From: Candidatus Fermentibacterota bacterium
GTDB taxonomy: Bacteria; Fermentibacterota; Fermentibacteria; Fermentibacterales; JCC-6
DNA: 64,000 bases
Reading direction: 5' to 3'
NCBI GenBank assembly: GCA_963845085.1
Contig: CAWJQI010000001.1
Coordinates: forward strand, 320,001-384,000
Under the pieces are notes generated by a model that was not told where the DNA came from, made no database searches, and saw only the letters and a program-made list of their open reading frames with translations. Positions 8,489-17,931 of the stretch are shown here, piece by piece. The first letter of the stretch is position 1, and each line of letters starts with the position of its first letter. The translations under genes and the position numbers were made by a program.

Positions 8489-9891
8489 CAGGCGAGGCTT
8501 TCCAGAAGAAGGACCAGCATTTCCATGAAGGAGGCGACTGAGGCAACCCTGACCCGCTCGCCCGGGATGTGGACATCCCGTATCTCGGGACCCATGCTGA
8601 TCATATCCATTCCCCCCACTCTCCTCCCGATGATGCCGCATTCAAGCCCTGCATGAATGGCGTTCACCACAGGTTCTGCGCCGTAGGTGCGCACGCAGGC
8701 GTTCCTGGCCGCGGCAAGCAGCCTTGAACCGGGGTCGGGCGTCCAGCCGGGGTACCCCTCCTCGGAATGCAGGGCACACCCGGCCAGCGCAGCAACAGCC
8801 CCGATCCGGTCGACAAGAGCGTCTCGGGAAGAGTCGATGGAACTCCTGACACTGATGTTTATCTCGGCCCCAGAACCGGATGTACGGATGATCGCAAGGT
8901 TGCACGAAGTCTGCACAAGGCCCGGGACTGCGGCGCTCATGGCTGAGACGCCGTGTGGAAGCGCAAGGACGAGGTTCAGAAGAAGGTCGGAAGAGGCTTT
9001 CTCAAAAGGGGCGCACTCGCCGGCGGCTTCACAGGTGACCTCCATGCCGGGCTCAATGCCGGCAAACTCGGCGCTGAGATCGCGAAGGACCTTCTGGAGG
9101 GCGGCGGGGGATGCAGTGCCTGCAAACAGAACCCCGGCCGTTCTGGGAATTGCGTTGTGCTTCGTTCCTCCGTTGAATTCCGCCACCACAAGACCGAGAC
9201 TGCGGCAGACCCTTGCGGCAAGGGTAATGGCATTCGCCCTTCCACGGTTTATCTCCATGCCCGAGTGACCGCCGGAGAGACCCCCAACTGTCAATCTGGA
9301 AACCGGGACTGCCCGGGGCTGCCTTTTGAGCGCGGCCGTGATGACGGCATCACGACCTCCGGCACAGCCGATGCAGATGCTGTTCTCCTCTTCCGAATCG
9401 AGGTTGATCAACCTTCTGTGGCTGAGCCACTCCGCGGGAAACACCCTTGCACCGAGAAGCCCCCGTTCCTCATCCACCGTGAACAGGCATTCGAGGGGCG
9501 GCAGGGTGTCGAGGGGCGATTCCAGAAGGGCAAGCATGATGGCAACACCCATGCCGTTGTCGGCGCCGAGCGTTGTTTTTTCTGCGATGAGCCACCCATC
9601 CCTCAGCACTGCCGTGATGGGGTCGGTGGCAGGATCGGACGGGGAGTCGGGAAGCTTCTCGGCGACGATGTCGGTGTGGGCCTGAAGAACCACCCCCACG
9701 CCCCTGCCGGGCCTGGTCACCAGCACATTGCCCGCGCTGTCGCGCTTCCACGAAAGCCCGAGGTCACCGGCAACGCTCACAATGTAATCGGCGGCGGCCA
9801 TCTCCGAACCGCTTGGCCTCGGGATGGAAAGCAGCTTTCCGAAGTGCTTCCATACGCTCACGGGCTCAAGGTCACGGATTGTTCCGGTCAT
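8488..9891 (-). CDS. pepD: Aminoacyl-histidine (beta-Ala-His) dipeptidase, M20C
   Basis: IPRPSGSE, LQAHTD, TTLGADNG, FTVDEE, INLDSE, GGHSG, IHAGLECG, H.PGE. Confidence 0.93.
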   Translation of the reverse strand: MTGTIRDLEPVSVWKHFGKLLSIPRPSGSEMAAADYIVSVAGDLGLSWKRDSAGNVLVTRPGRGVGVVLQAHTDIVAEKLPDSPSDPATDPITAVLRDGWLIAEKTTLGADNGMGVAIMLALLESPLDTLPPLECLFTVDEERGLLGARVFPAEWLSHRRLINLDSEEENSICIGCAGGRDAVITAALKRQPRAVPVSRLTVGGLSGGHSGMEINRGRANAITLAARVCRSLGLVVAEFNGGTKHNAIPRTAGVLFAGTASPAALQKVLRDLSAEFAGIEPGMEVTCEAAGECAPFEKASSDLLLNLVLALPHGVSAMSAAVPGLVQTSCNLAIIRTSGSGAEINISVRSSIDSSRDALVDRIGAVAALAGCALHSEEGYPGWTPDPGSRLLAAARNACVRTYGAEPVVNAIHAGLECGIIGRRVGGMDMISMGPEIRDVHIPGERVRVASVASFMEMLVLLLESLA

Positions 9892-10577
9892 ACTGCCTCC
9901 CCCCTGGTCATTGCGAGAAAATAGCCAAGAAAAACAGCTCCCGCATCCCTGTCGGGAGCGGAGGCAAGAACCCCGTCCAGGTTGATGCCGTGCTTCCGGA
10001 AAAGGTCGGAGTCGCGCAGATACTGACTGTTCCCGGTGACGCTTGCGAACTCGGGGTGGAACTGGGTCCCCAGAAGCCTTCTGTCGCGGTCGAGGAAGGC
10101 CTGGATGGCGGTGTGAGGGTTCCGGGCGAGGATCCCGGCTCCGGACGGTATCTCGGTCACCCTGTCGTAATGCGATTGCCAGACCGTCTCGACAGGAAGC
10201 GCGCCCGGAATGCCCGGAGGAACGAGTTCCACCGGCAGCCAGCCTACCTCGGGACCCGCGGGCGCCTTCCCCACTGCACCAGGGCCAAGGTGGGCCAGGC
10301 AGAGCAGCTGATGGCCGTAACAGATCCCGAGCTGTGGAACGCCCTTCTCCGAACAGCGCCTTATCAGGGCGCAGGCGTCGGGGGTGAACGTCTCCCCATG
10401 CGTTATCGAAAGGGCGCTTCCGGAATGCACCAATCCCGAAAAGTCGCAGGGGTCGATCTTTGGAAATGGATGCCCCGGCCTGACTCTCGCAATGGCCGTC
10501 GGGTGATCGAACCTTCGTGCAATTGTGTCTCCGGAAAGACCGTCAACGGAATAATCCACGATCAGAATGGCTTTCAA
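9888..10577 (-). CDS. Class I glutamine amidotransferase-like protein (stand-alone)
   Basis: SGS, LGICYGHQ (Cys nucleophile), QSHYDRV, TQFHPE; TTG start with GGGAGG RBS. Confidence 0.88.
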   Translation of the reverse strand: MKAILIVDYSVDGLSGDTIARRFDHPTAIARVRPGHPFPKIDPCDFSGLVHSGSALSITHGETFTPDACALIRRCSEKGVPQLGICYGHQLLCLAHLGPGAVGKAPAGPEVGWLPVELVPPGIPGALPVETVWQSHYDRVTEIPSGAGILARNPHTAIQAFLDRDRRLLGTQFHPEFASVTGNSQYLRDSDLFRKHGINLDGVLASAPDRDAGAVFLGYFLAMTRGEAV

Positions 10578-10641
10578 GACCCCTCCCCCACGGTTTGGAA
10601 GCCTTAACATACAAAGCGGACGCCCAGCTATAATAACCCGC

Positions 10642-11634
10642 ATGAGAAGACTTCTGTCCAGATACCTTAGAAGAACCCACCGCTTCCCCGGAGTCGCATT
10701 CCGCGACCGGCGCCGTTTTCTCACGGTTCGGATGGACACGACCAATCACTGCAACCTGAGGTGCTCCATGTGCCCGATGCGCTTTTCCGATTCCGATCCG
10801 GACCGGAAATGGCTGCACATGGACGATGGCCTGTTCCGCCGCATTCTTTTACAGGTATTCCCCCTCGCCTCCACCGTGGGGCTGTCCTGCGGTGCCGAGC
10901 CCTTCTGCAATCCGCGGATCGGCCATTATCTGAAAGCCCTGTGTGATTCCGGCGTACCCGCCCGTGAACTGGTCACCAACGGGACGCTTCTCGACGAGAA
11001 GAACGCTGCGCTGCTTGTCCGGCATCCGCCCACCACCCTGTTCGTGTCGGTCGACGGGGCTCGCCCTGAAACCCATGGTGCGATCAGGGGCGGAGCGGAC
11101 CTCGACAGGGTGATCGGAAACCTCTGCAGACTTTCCTCACTCAGGGGGCGCCGCAGGTTCCCCATGATCGCCCTGAGCACAACCCTCCAGCGTGACAACC
11201 TTCATGAGATCCCGGGAATCGTTGAACTTGCAGCAAGGGTGGGAGCATGCGCGGTGGGCATGACCCCGCTCGTTCCGTACCTGGGGCTGGACACGCTCGA
11301 CAGGGTTGTTGATCCGGGGTCCCCCGAAGTCTCGGCCGTTCTCCGCGACGCTTCGGCAAGGGCGCGTGAACTCGGAATATCCCTCAGCGTTTCTTCCGGC
11401 TCGGCAAGGGAAACCGGCGCCGGATGCCCGTTCCTTGTTTCTACCGTTTACCTGGCGCCGGACGGCGCGGTGTTTCCCTGCCCGTACTGGAATACGGGCA
11501 ACCCGATAGGAAACATGGCGGAAGAGGATTTTCACCCGATTTGGAGCCGCAGGCACCTTGCCGTGTCCGATGCGACATGCCGGGACTGTCCGGAGATCAC
11601 TTCAAGAAGCCGTGAGGTTCGAAAGGACCATTGA
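10642..11634 (+). CDS. Radical SAM protein with C-terminal SPASM/twitch domain
   Basis: CNLRCSMC, GAEPF, TNGTLL, SVDGA, CPF...DG.VFPC...GN...CRDC. Confidence 0.9.
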   Translation: MRRLLSRYLRRTHRFPGVAFRDRRRFLTVRMDTTNHCNLRCSMCPMRFSDSDPDRKWLHMDDGLFRRILLQVFPLASTVGLSCGAEPFCNPRIGHYLKALCDSGVPARELVTNGTLLDEKNAALLVRHPPTTLFVSVDGARPETHGAIRGGADLDRVIGNLCRLSSLRGRRRFPMIALSTTLQRDNLHEIPGIVELAARVGACAVGMTPLVPYLGLDTLDRVVDPGSPEVSAVLRDASARARELGISLSVSSGSARETGAGCPFLVSTVYLAPDGAVFPCPYWNTGNPIGNMAEEDFHPIWSRRHLAVSDATCRDCPEITSRSREVRKDH

Positions 11635-12159
11635 TCAGGGGAAAGACGTCATCCCCATGAAGCTTTCAACCAGCCATGCATCGTCTTCTCTGACCATTGT
11701 CGCCTGCTGTTCGATCACCGTGCCGAAGGCGTTCTCGAACCTCAGCAGGATGGTGGCCCTTCTGTCCTGGATGGATATGGAATCCACCTGCATGGAAAAC
11801 GGAGTGTAGCGCCCGAACATTATGGGAAGCGAAAGCGTTCTGGCAAGGTACTCGCGGGTTGTCCAGCCGCGGATCTCCTGCGGCTCGGCCTGGTACCCGG
11901 CGGACTGAAGGCGGAGGATCACCGATTCATCGTTCCTTCTGATGCCTTCAAGGATGGACTGGAAAGTTATCTCCACCTGTTCCATGGCGATGGTGGAATA
12001 CAGGGCGGCGGCATCTTCGCCTCTTGCTTCCCTGAGGGCCGCAAAGAAACCTTCAATGGTTCCCAGAACGACTGATTCTTCCTCGGTCTGACCCGAAGCC
12101 GCTGCGCACACTGTCAGAAGCACTGCAACGAGCATCGCCTTCAAGGGGCACCCCCTCAC
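11635..12159 (-). CDS. Hypothetical secreted protein, possibly NTF2-like
   Basis: Signal-peptide-like N-terminus; TIEGFFAALREARGEDAAALY and MVREDDAWLV patterns. Confidence 0.55.
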   Translation of the reverse strand: MRGCPLKAMLVAVLLTVCAAASGQTEEESVVLGTIEGFFAALREARGEDAAALYSTIAMEQVEITFQSILEGIRRNDESVILRLQSAGYQAEPQEIRGWTTREYLARTLSLPIMFGRYTPFSMQVDSISIQDRRATILLRFENAFGTVIEQQATMVREDDAWLVESFMGMTSFP

Positions 12160-12217
12160 CGGTTTCGCTTCTCGTCAAAGGATAATAGACACAGACGCCC
12201 CCTGCAGCAACCCCGGC

Positions 12218-13444
12218 TCAATCCGATGATTCGCCCCAGACCTCGAGGGTTGAAAGCACGATCTGAAGTGCATTCTCAATACCCCTGACGGCCAGCCACT
12301 CCCTTCTCGAGTGGAAGAGCCCCCCGCCTGTCGGAAGGTTCACCGTGGGCACTCCCATGAAGCTCAGCCTCGAACCGTCCGTTCCTCCGCGAATGCTGGT
12401 CTCGGATGGGTTCAGTCCCGCCCTCTCCGTGCCCTTCATTGCGTATTCGACCAGCCTCCTGTCCCTGGACAGAAGTTCCGCGGGGTTTGCGTACTGGTTC
12501 CGAACATCAAGTTCAATGACGGACCTGGGATGCTTTTCGGAAAGGTAGCCCTGAAGCGCCCGCATTCTGTTGATCCGTGCACTCATCCCCCCGGTCGAAA
12601 AATCGCGGAGGATCATGCTGACGGTTGCCGACTCCGAGTTGCCAGAGATCTCCATCGGATAGTCGAATCCCTGTACTCCGCAGCTGTTCTCCGGCATTTC
12701 CTCGGGCTTCAGCATGGAAACCAGCTCGGAAGCTATCCGGACGGGGTTCACCAGCCGGCCGAAAGCGCTTCCGGGGTGCACTTCGACCCCTGAAATCTTC
12801 CAGTCCGCCCTGCAGGCGTTGAACGTTGCGCTGTCGACAGCACCCGGCTGTTCTCCGTCTATCGTGTAAGCGAAATCGGCGCCGAACCTCTTCGTGTCGA
12901 AGTTGTCCATCCCCCTGCCGATCTCCTCATCAGTCGTGAAGGCCGCCACGAGCCGGGGACGATTCGCACCGGGATGGGCCATCACCCACTGAAGAACCTC
13001 CATTATTATCGCAACCCCGGCCTTGTCATCGGCGCCCAGCAGGGTTGATCCATCCGACGTTACGATTGCGCCGCCCTTGTAGCGCTCGAGTTCCGGGCAC
13101 TCCGAGGGATCGAGAAAGACTCCCTCCGATATCCTTATGGGACCGCCGTCCCAGTTCTCATGCACGACGGGCTTTACACCCCTCCCGGGAACCGCGGGCG
13201 AGGTATCCACATGGGCGATGAGCCCGATGGTCGTGTTTCCCTTCCCGCCGGGAACCCTGCAGTAGAGAACGCCCTTTGGATCGAGGTGCACCTGTTCCAT
13301 GCCCATGGACCGAAGCTCGTTCCGGAGCAGGTTCAACAGGTTCATCTGCCCTTCGGTGGAGGGCGCAGTGGTGCTGGCCGGATCGCTGCGGGTATCGATT
13401 CCTGCGTATCTTGTGAATCGGCTTATCGCCCCGTTCATCATCAT
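12218..13444 (-). CDS. pepT: Peptidase T (tripeptidase, M20B)
   Basis: PSTEGQ, IAHVDTS, TLLGADDKAG, FTTDEEIGRG, HPGSA, IRGGTDGSRLS, FHSRREW. The start is one of three tandem ATGs. Confidence 0.95.
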   Translation of the reverse strand: MMMNGAISRFTRYAGIDTRSDPASTTAPSTEGQMNLLNLLRNELRSMGMEQVHLDPKGVLYCRVPGGKGNTTIGLIAHVDTSPAVPGRGVKPVVHENWDGGPIRISEGVFLDPSECPELERYKGGAIVTSDGSTLLGADDKAGVAIIMEVLQWVMAHPGANRPRLVAAFTTDEEIGRGMDNFDTKRFGADFAYTIDGEQPGAVDSATFNACRADWKISGVEVHPGSAFGRLVNPVRIASELVSMLKPEEMPENSCGVQGFDYPMEISGNSESATVSMILRDFSTGGMSARINRMRALQGYLSEKHPRSVIELDVRNQYANPAELLSRDRRLVEYAMKGTERAGLNPSETSIRGGTDGSRLSFMGVPTVNLPTGGGLFHSRREWLAVRGIENALQIVLSTLEVWGESSD

Positions 13445-13476
13445 CCTCCCTGTGATTCGTGCGCATGGAATGAATC

Positions 13477-13484
13477 ACTATAAT
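13477..13484. promoter_or_regulatory. Overlapping divergent -10 hexamers
   Basis: ACTATAAT gives TATAAT on + (13479-13484) and TATAGT on - (13482-13477) within the 63-bp gap between pepT and the EIIA-pyrBI operon. Confidence 0.5.
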
Positions 13485-13507
13485 ACGCCCAGCAAAACGG
13501 AGAGAGA

Positions 13508-14236
13508 ATGAAAACCTTCCTAACGCTTACAGACACCGCCAAGTGCCTTGGAATGAGCCTTCAGGAGGTCTCCAGGGAGATAAGCCGGGCGGGGCTCAAA
13601 ACGGTGCTCTTCCAGGGGCAGAAATGCTACCTTCGGGCAGATATCCTCGACTGGCTGACCAGGGAGTTCGGAGGCCTTGCAGCGGACAGGCTGGCCCTTG
13701 CCGAACAGTCCAACGCCGAAACGGCCGGGATCGACTCAAAGGCTCTTCTCGTAACCGAAATGCTTTCAGGCAACATCATCGCACCCGACCGTGTCGGCAC
13801 CCGCAGCAGCATGCTGAGGCTTATCGCCTCGGAAGCCTGCGGAACGGGAGCCCTTTACGACGAGGTCGCACTTCTTGAACAGATCACTCTGCGCGAAGAG
13901 GCGGCATCGACGGCACTCAGGTGCGGCGCTGCGCTTGTCCACCCGCTCGACGTGAGGAAGCTGTTCGTCGAGCACAGCCTGCTCATGCTTTTCCGTCCGC
14001 CGCACCCTCTTCCCTTCGGGGAGGAAACGGGCAGGCTTACATCGCTTTTCTTTCTTCTTGTTTTTCCCTCGGCAAACGAGCACCTTCACATGCTGGCAAG
14101 GCTCAACAGAATGCTGAGATTACAGGGTTTCGTTGACGATCTTCTCACCGCCGGCGGACCGGCGGAGATGCTGGACATAGTCAGGGAACGCGAGCGAGAG
14201 CTTCGCGAACCGGTGAGGAAGGGGGATTCCCGTTGA
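13508..14236 (+). CDS. HTH (excisionase-like) + PTS EIIA (PtsN-like) protein
   Basis: N-terminal LTLTDTAKCLGMS..EV..; EIIA motifs REEAASTA..GAALVHP, PLPFG, LFFLLV, HLHMLARL. Confidence 0.85.
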   Translation: MKTFLTLTDTAKCLGMSLQEVSREISRAGLKTVLFQGQKCYLRADILDWLTREFGGLAADRLALAEQSNAETAGIDSKALLVTEMLSGNIIAPDRVGTRSSMLRLIASEACGTGALYDEVALLEQITLREEAASTALRCGAALVHPLDVRKLFVEHSLLMLFRPPHPLPFGEETGRLTSLFFLLVFPSANEHLHMLARLNRMLRLQGFVDDLLTAGGPAEMLDIVRERERELREPVRKGDSR

Positions 14237-15156
14237 GTTCCTTTTCAGGCAGAAGCATCATCTCCCTGAGGGACATGACGGTTTCGGAGCTGTGGCGAAT
14301 TGTCGAGGCCTCCGGTGAGGTGAAGTCCGGAAAGCACTCCGGTCTTCTTACGGGTCTCAGCGTAGCCTCGCTCTTCTTCGAGCCGTCAACCCGCACAAGG
14401 CTCAGTTTTGAATCCGCGGTTCTCAAGGGCGGAGGGACGGTGTTCGGCTTCGCCGACCCGGGGGCTTCCTCCCAGAAAAAGGGGGAATCTTTCGCTGACA
14501 GCGTGAGAACGGTCACCGGCTACTGCGACGCGATGGTCATAAGGCACCCGGTCGAGGGGGCAGCCAGGCTGGCTTCCGAACTCTCCTCGGTTCCTGTGAT
14601 CAACGCCGGGGACGGGGCCAACCAGCACCCCACCCAGACATTCCTCGACCTTTTCACCATCTTCGAAAGCATCGGCCGGCTGGAGGGGCTCTGCGTCGGC
14701 CTCATGGGCGACCTCAAATACGGCAGAACTGTTCACTCCCTCGCCCACGCCATGGCGCTCTTCGGAGCCAGGATGGTCTTCATCTCCCCTGCATCGCTCG
14801 CCATGCCTCCGCATGTTCTTTCCGAGCTGGCGGACGCGGGTGTTTCGTTCAGGGTGGTCTCGTCACCTGAAGAGGCCAGGGATTCGGAAATGGATGTGCT
14901 TTACGTGACCAGGATCCAGAAGGAGCGGTTCGGCGACCCCCAGGAGTACGAAAGCGTCGCTCACAGCTACAGGGTCACAGCCGAGACGGTGAGCGTCCTC
15001 GGAGATTCGATAAGGCTGATGCATCCGCTGCCCAGGGTGGATGAAATAGCCGAGGAGGTCGACGCTCTGCCGAACGCCATCTACTTCCGCCAGGCCCACA
15101 ACGGGATACCGACAAGGCAGGCGCTGCTGGGACTGGTGACGGGAGGCATATCATGA
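14233..15156 (+). CDS. pyrB: Aspartate carbamoyltransferase catalytic subunit
   Basis: FFEPSTRTRLSFE, KKGES, NAGDGANQHPTQ, GDLKYGRTVHS, TRIQKERF, MHPLPR. Confidence 0.97.
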   Translation: MSSFSGRSIISLRDMTVSELWRIVEASGEVKSGKHSGLLTGLSVASLFFEPSTRTRLSFESAVLKGGGTVFGFADPGASSQKKGESFADSVRTVTGYCDAMVIRHPVEGAARLASELSSVPVINAGDGANQHPTQTFLDLFTIFESIGRLEGLCVGLMGDLKYGRTVHSLAHAMALFGARMVFISPASLAMPPHVLSELADAGVSFRVVSSPEEARDSEMDVLYVTRIQKERFGDPQEYESVAHSYRVTAETVSVLGDSIRLMHPLPRVDEIAEEVDALPNAIYFRQAHNGIPTRQALLGLVTGGIS

Positions 15157-15620
15157 GCGACAGGGTTTACAAGGTATACGCCATCGAGAACGGAACGGTC
15201 ATAGACCACATCCCCACCCCGATGGCACTGAAGGTCGTTGAAATACTCGGCATCGGCAATGGCGGCATATTCACGCTCGGCGTCGGCTTCCAGTCCAAAA
15301 GGCTCCCCGGCGGGAAGGACATCCTGAAAATCGAGAACAAGGTGCTGTCACCGAACGAGACCGACATCATCTCGCTCATCGCCCCCAATGCGACCATCAA
15401 CATCATCAGGGAGGGAAGGGTTCAGGAGAAGCGCCGCATCTCCCTGCCCGAATCGATAACGGGGGTCATGCTGTGCCCGAATCCGAACTGCGCAACGAAC
15501 AAGCTGGGCGCACCCCGCAAATTCCGCCTCGAGAACCGCAGCCTGGTTACTTACAGATGCCGGTACTGCGAGAGGGTCACGGGGATAATAAGCGAGAACC
15601 TGGTCAGCCCGGAAAAATGA
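15153..15620 (+). CDS. pyrI: Aspartate carbamoyltransferase regulatory subunit
   Basis: IENGTVIDHI, KDILKIE, APNATINII, CPNPNC and CRYCE zinc ligands. Confidence 0.96.
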   Translation: MSDRVYKVYAIENGTVIDHIPTPMALKVVEILGIGNGGIFTLGVGFQSKRLPGGKDILKIENKVLSPNETDIISLIAPNATINIIREGRVQEKRRISLPESITGVMLCPNPNCATNKLGAPRKFRLENRSLVTYRCRYCERVTGIISENLVSPEK

Positions 15621-17104
15621 GCGCTGCAAAAGCACTTCCCTGGATCATCGGCTTCCTTCTGGCCACAGGGCTCACACTGGCATGGTTCGGCAATACGCCC
15701 CTCTTCGGTGACGAGCTGGGGTACAGCTACTCCGCCGCGAGCTGGATCGAACGAAACTCACTGGCGCCGGTGCCCTCGGGGGACGGCAAAGGAGAGCAGG
15801 GAATGGGCCATCCCGCCCTTTACTTCTGGCTCTGGGCCGTTCTGATGCGGGTTTTCGGCGACACGATCACAACTGCGCGCATTCTGCCCACCATCTCAGC
15901 CGGCTTTTCCATTGTGGGAGTCTGGATGCTGGGCAAACAGCTGTCGGGATCGGCCAAAACCGGCCTGATGGCCGTGACCGGACTTCTGGCAAGCCCGTTG
16001 TTCCTTGCTCAGGGCTTCAGGGCAATACCCGAATGCTCCCATCTTGCATGCGTTGCATGGTCACTGTACTTCTTCACCAGGGAAGACAGGCTGAAGGCGG
16101 CAATCTTTGCAGTACTGGCGACCATTTTCAGACAGCAGGGTGTATTCCTCGGAGCGGCATTCCTGCTGGCTGATATCCTGAAGAACAGAAGGTTTCGTCC
16201 GGGAATGCTTCTCTGGTTGTCCCCCCTGCTCGTGCCCCTGGTGAACGGGCTAATCCAGATGAAGGTCAACGGGTACTTCTTCTTCCCAACCTATATGGGC
16301 CATGCTTCACCCGATCTGCCGACGGGCTGGTTTCCCGCCCGGATAGGACTTTTCGCGGGTCATCTTATGGGAGAGGATTTCAGATGGTTCCCCCTCGCAA
16401 TCGCGCTCGCCTGGGCTTTCATTCACAGGGATTCAAAACCCGGTATTCTATTCCTGGCGGCACTGGCGCTTCCGGCGTTGTTTCACCCTCCGACGCGCCT
16501 CATCGTAATCGTTGGCTTTCTTACGCTGTTCGCGGTGCTGCTCTTAAAACGAAAGCGTATGCCCTCTCCGCCTGTGACGGCCATGCTGGCCTTCATCGGT
16601 ATGCTGGTAGCCTTTCATGTCCTCATTGTCGCTGTTGCGCCTGATCCGCAGCTTGACCTTTTCAGGTACATCTTCGGTGGCTATGCCCCTTTGATGGTTC
16701 TGCTTGCCATCGGCGTGCGCAGAACCGGAAAACGGATCTCCGCCTTCGCATGGGCCGTGTTCTGCCTGGCTTCCTTCTCATGCATCACAGTGGTCAGATA
16801 CACATGGCAGCCTGATGCCAGCGTCGCGGGCCTTCTTGAGGCGCGTGCCGTCCGCAGCGCCATGTCGGCGGTGACAAACCCCTGTTACCCTGATGATAGA
16901 ATTGCAGCCCTTCCCGCACTCGGATACGTCTCAACTCCCGTTCCGTTCGAGGGTGGGGCGGTGTTGAACCTCGTTCTTACCACAGCTGACATAGCCAGCG
17001 CGGAATCTCTGCTGCCTGAAGGCTATCGCTTCACCGGCAGGACCACCTACAACTGGACTCTTGAAGGACTTTCCGTAGTTGCGCTGGAAGCGGAACGCCG
17101 TTGA
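15617..17104 (+). CDS. ArnT/PMT-like (GT39/GT83-type) membrane glycosyltransferase
   Basis: Polytopic membrane protein; GDE..Y, GHPALYFWL, GD...ARI and RY motifs; ATG overlaps the pyrI stop. Confidence 0.8.
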   Translation: MSAAKALPWIIGFLLATGLTLAWFGNTPLFGDELGYSYSAASWIERNSLAPVPSGDGKGEQGMGHPALYFWLWAVLMRVFGDTITTARILPTISAGFSIVGVWMLGKQLSGSAKTGLMAVTGLLASPLFLAQGFRAIPECSHLACVAWSLYFFTREDRLKAAIFAVLATIFRQQGVFLGAAFLLADILKNRRFRPGMLLWLSPLLVPLVNGLIQMKVNGYFFFPTYMGHASPDLPTGWFPARIGLFAGHLMGEDFRWFPLAIALAWAFIHRDSKPGILFLAALALPALFHPPTRLIVIVGFLTLFAVLLLKRKRMPSPPVTAMLAFIGMLVAFHVLIVAVAPDPQLDLFRYIFGGYAPLMVLLAIGVRRTGKRISAFAWAVFCLASFSCITVVRYTWQPDASVAGLLEARAVRSAMSAVTNPCYPDDRIAALPALGYVSTPVPFEGGAVLNLVLTTADIASAESLLPEGYRFTGRTTYNWTLEGLSVVALEAERR

Positions 17105-17197
17105 GGTGAATCCACTTCAGTCCCAAGGATCACCATCAGAAGGTACCAGCACCCGATTCATGCGCCAGCGGCGGGGGGCATGCCCTCCGGATGACCG

Positions 17198-17226
17198 TTG
17201 ACCGCTTCGGCCGGCGAAAGTAGCTT
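17198..17226 (+). promoter_or_regulatory. Sigma70 promoter, probably leaderless transcript
   Basis: TTGACC-N17-TAGCTT, then 6 nt to ATG 17233; no SD. Confidence 0.65.
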
Positions 17227-17232
17227 CGTGGG

Positions 17233-17931
17233 ATGATTCAAGGCAGAACGATCTCTCTTGTCATCCCGGCACACAATGAGGAAGAGGGACTTCCTGCGGT
17301 GCTGACCGCCGTTCCTGATTGTGTCGACGACGTCATTGTCGTTGACAACTGCTCCACAGATAAAACTAAAGATGTGGCGAAAAGCTATGGATGCAGGGTG
17401 GTGTTCCAGCCTGAGAAGGGCTATGGAAGTGCTTACCAGGCCGGTTTCGCTTCAGTGGCCACCGAGCTTGTCGCAACAGCCGATGCGGACGGTACATACC
17501 CTGTACACATGATTCCCGGCCTTGCTGACAGCCTTCTCAGAGAAGGGTACGACTTCATCAGCGCAAGACGAATGCCCGATGACCACGCTGGAACCTTCAA
17601 CAACGCGCTCAGATTCTCGGGAAATTTCGTTCTTTCCGCCGCGACCGTTCTTCTTTTCGCGAGAATGATACGGGACAGCCAGTCCGGCATGTGGGTGTTC
17701 AAACGTGGCATCCTTGACAGGATCACTCTGACCAGCCGGGGCATGGCGATGTCGGAGGAACTCAAAATCAAGGCCTGGACAACGAAGGGCCTCCGCTGCG
17801 GGGAATTTGCCATCCCGTTCAGTTACTCTGAGCGCATGGGAAAACCGAAACTGAACCTCTGGAGGGACGGGGTGAGAAACCTGCTGTTCCTCTTCGCTCT
17901 CAGGCTCGGTATACCTATGACAAAGGCCTAA
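17233..17931 (+). CDS. GT2 glycosyltransferase (polyprenol-phosphate sugar synthase-like)
   Basis: VIPAHNEE, VVDNCSTDKT, GYG, DADGTY, DSQSG, LWRDG. Confidence 0.92.
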   Translation: MIQGRTISLVIPAHNEEEGLPAVLTAVPDCVDDVIVVDNCSTDKTKDVAKSYGCRVVFQPEKGYGSAYQAGFASVATELVATADADGTYPVHMIPGLADSLLREGYDFISARRMPDDHAGTFNNALRFSGNFVLSAATVLLFARMIRDSQSGMWVFKRGILDRITLTSRGMAMSEELKIKAWTTKGLRCGEFAIPFSYSERMGKPKLNLWRDGVRNLLFLFALRLGIPMTKA

